From Atractiella rhizophila (Eukaryota): a DNA stretch of 64,000 nucleotides. This document shows, one piece after another, positions 63,199 to 64,000 of the stretch. A model generated the notes under the pieces. It saw nothing but the letters and a program-made list of their open reading frames with translations, ran no database searches and had not been told where the DNA came from. Made by a program: the position numbers and the translations under genes. How positions within the stretch are numbered: the first letter of the stretch is position 1; every line of letters starts with the position of its first letter. Location of the stretch: contig MU271184.1 in NCBI GenBank assembly GCA_021432655.1, positions 186,001-250,000 on the forward strand, read 5' to 3'.

Positions 63199-63702
63199 TT
63201 GGTCAAGGTACCCGCCCCTCCAGTCTCTTCCGGCAAACACCACCGCTCCTTAGCACGACACTTATCATCCGAACAGACCTTCGAAATGCTAAAGGAAATG
63301 CCACGAGCACAGGCATCGATCTTCGTCCAACTGCGATCTGGTCACATCCCTAACAACAACTACCTGCATCGAATAGGGATTGCGGAAGAACCGAACTGCG
63401 ACTCCTGCGGCATGAGGGATATGGTCACCCACCTCTTTTTTGAATGTGAGGAGCATGAGGAAGAAAGAAGAAAACTTAGAAGGAGACTCGCGAAAAAGGA
63501 TGTTCGTTTCAGATCCCTGGGCGACCTGCTGAGCGAACCGGAGGCGACGCAGGCGGTATGGGAATTTATTAGACGGAGCGGGAAATTCAAGTTATGGATC
63601 ACAAGGGCGCAGAGGGTTTTGGATAGAAGAAAGGCAAAAAGGAAACAAACGGCGGAGGCAAGAGGAGAAAAGGATGACAGCAGGGAGGATTGGGAAGATT
63701 AA
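63199..63702 (+). mobile_element. 5'-truncated LINE (Tad1-like) ORF2 C-terminus; 3' UTR probably runs towards the window end
   Basis: QASIFVQLRSGHIPNNNYLHRIG..PNCDSCGMRDMVTHLFFEC..HEEER..LGDLL..VWEFIRRSGKF. Confidence 0.88.
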
Positions 63703-64000
63703 AGACAACAAGTTACGTCCAGATTTTTCACTTCCGAACTGAGGCACCTTTTGCAGGAACCCAACGTACGACGGAGGTCGGAACTCATTTCACCTACACA
63801 CGGGTCCCCAAGGAGGAACACAATCTGCCATTCAGCATCTTCTAAGCATAATTTACCTCACACAAATAGCCATCGCGATTCAGTAACCCCCCACTCGGTC
63901 TTACTTCCACCAGTACCATAACATTATAAGGGGATTGTTGGGGGCCTTTTTCTTTACACATTACATGCATACTTCGCTTAGTTAACCCATTCATGGCCAA

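Overview
Eukaryotic, fungal-looking DNA: short GT-AG introns with CTRAY branch sites, a Zn2Cys6 gene, and basidiomycete-style transposons. The basidiomycete assignment is an inference. The window is a nested transposon graveyard. It holds a TSD-flanked hAT element (4474-8866) inserted in a Helitron remnant, several other hAT remnants and MITEs, a near-perfect 4.7-kb palindrome (15335-20044, 1-nt centre) bounded by hAT-like ends, a full-length Ty1/Copia element (27026-32752) inside a Plavaka-type transposase pseudogene, and a second, 3'-truncated Copia (35434-40592). It also holds an unclassified DDE transposase with a partial second copy enclosing an aldo-keto reductase pseudogene, an IS630/Tc1-like pseudogene, a chimeric mitochondrial insertion (cox1 + GIY-YIG + LAGLIDADG), a solo LTR and LINE 3' fragments. 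Only one host gene looks intact (Zn2Cys6 factor, 24915-26431). The most novel-looking signal is in the LTRs. Two unrelated Copia LTRs and a third LTR-like relic share one design: a 5' hairpin, a repeat ending in AG, a GT donor, a short spacer, a second repeat copy ending in AG, then the LTR end. This is a putative spliceosomal intron built from a tandem duplication. The full-length Copia's LTRs lack exactly this 71-nt intron relative to the solo LTR of the same family. All calls are by eye, with no database searches.
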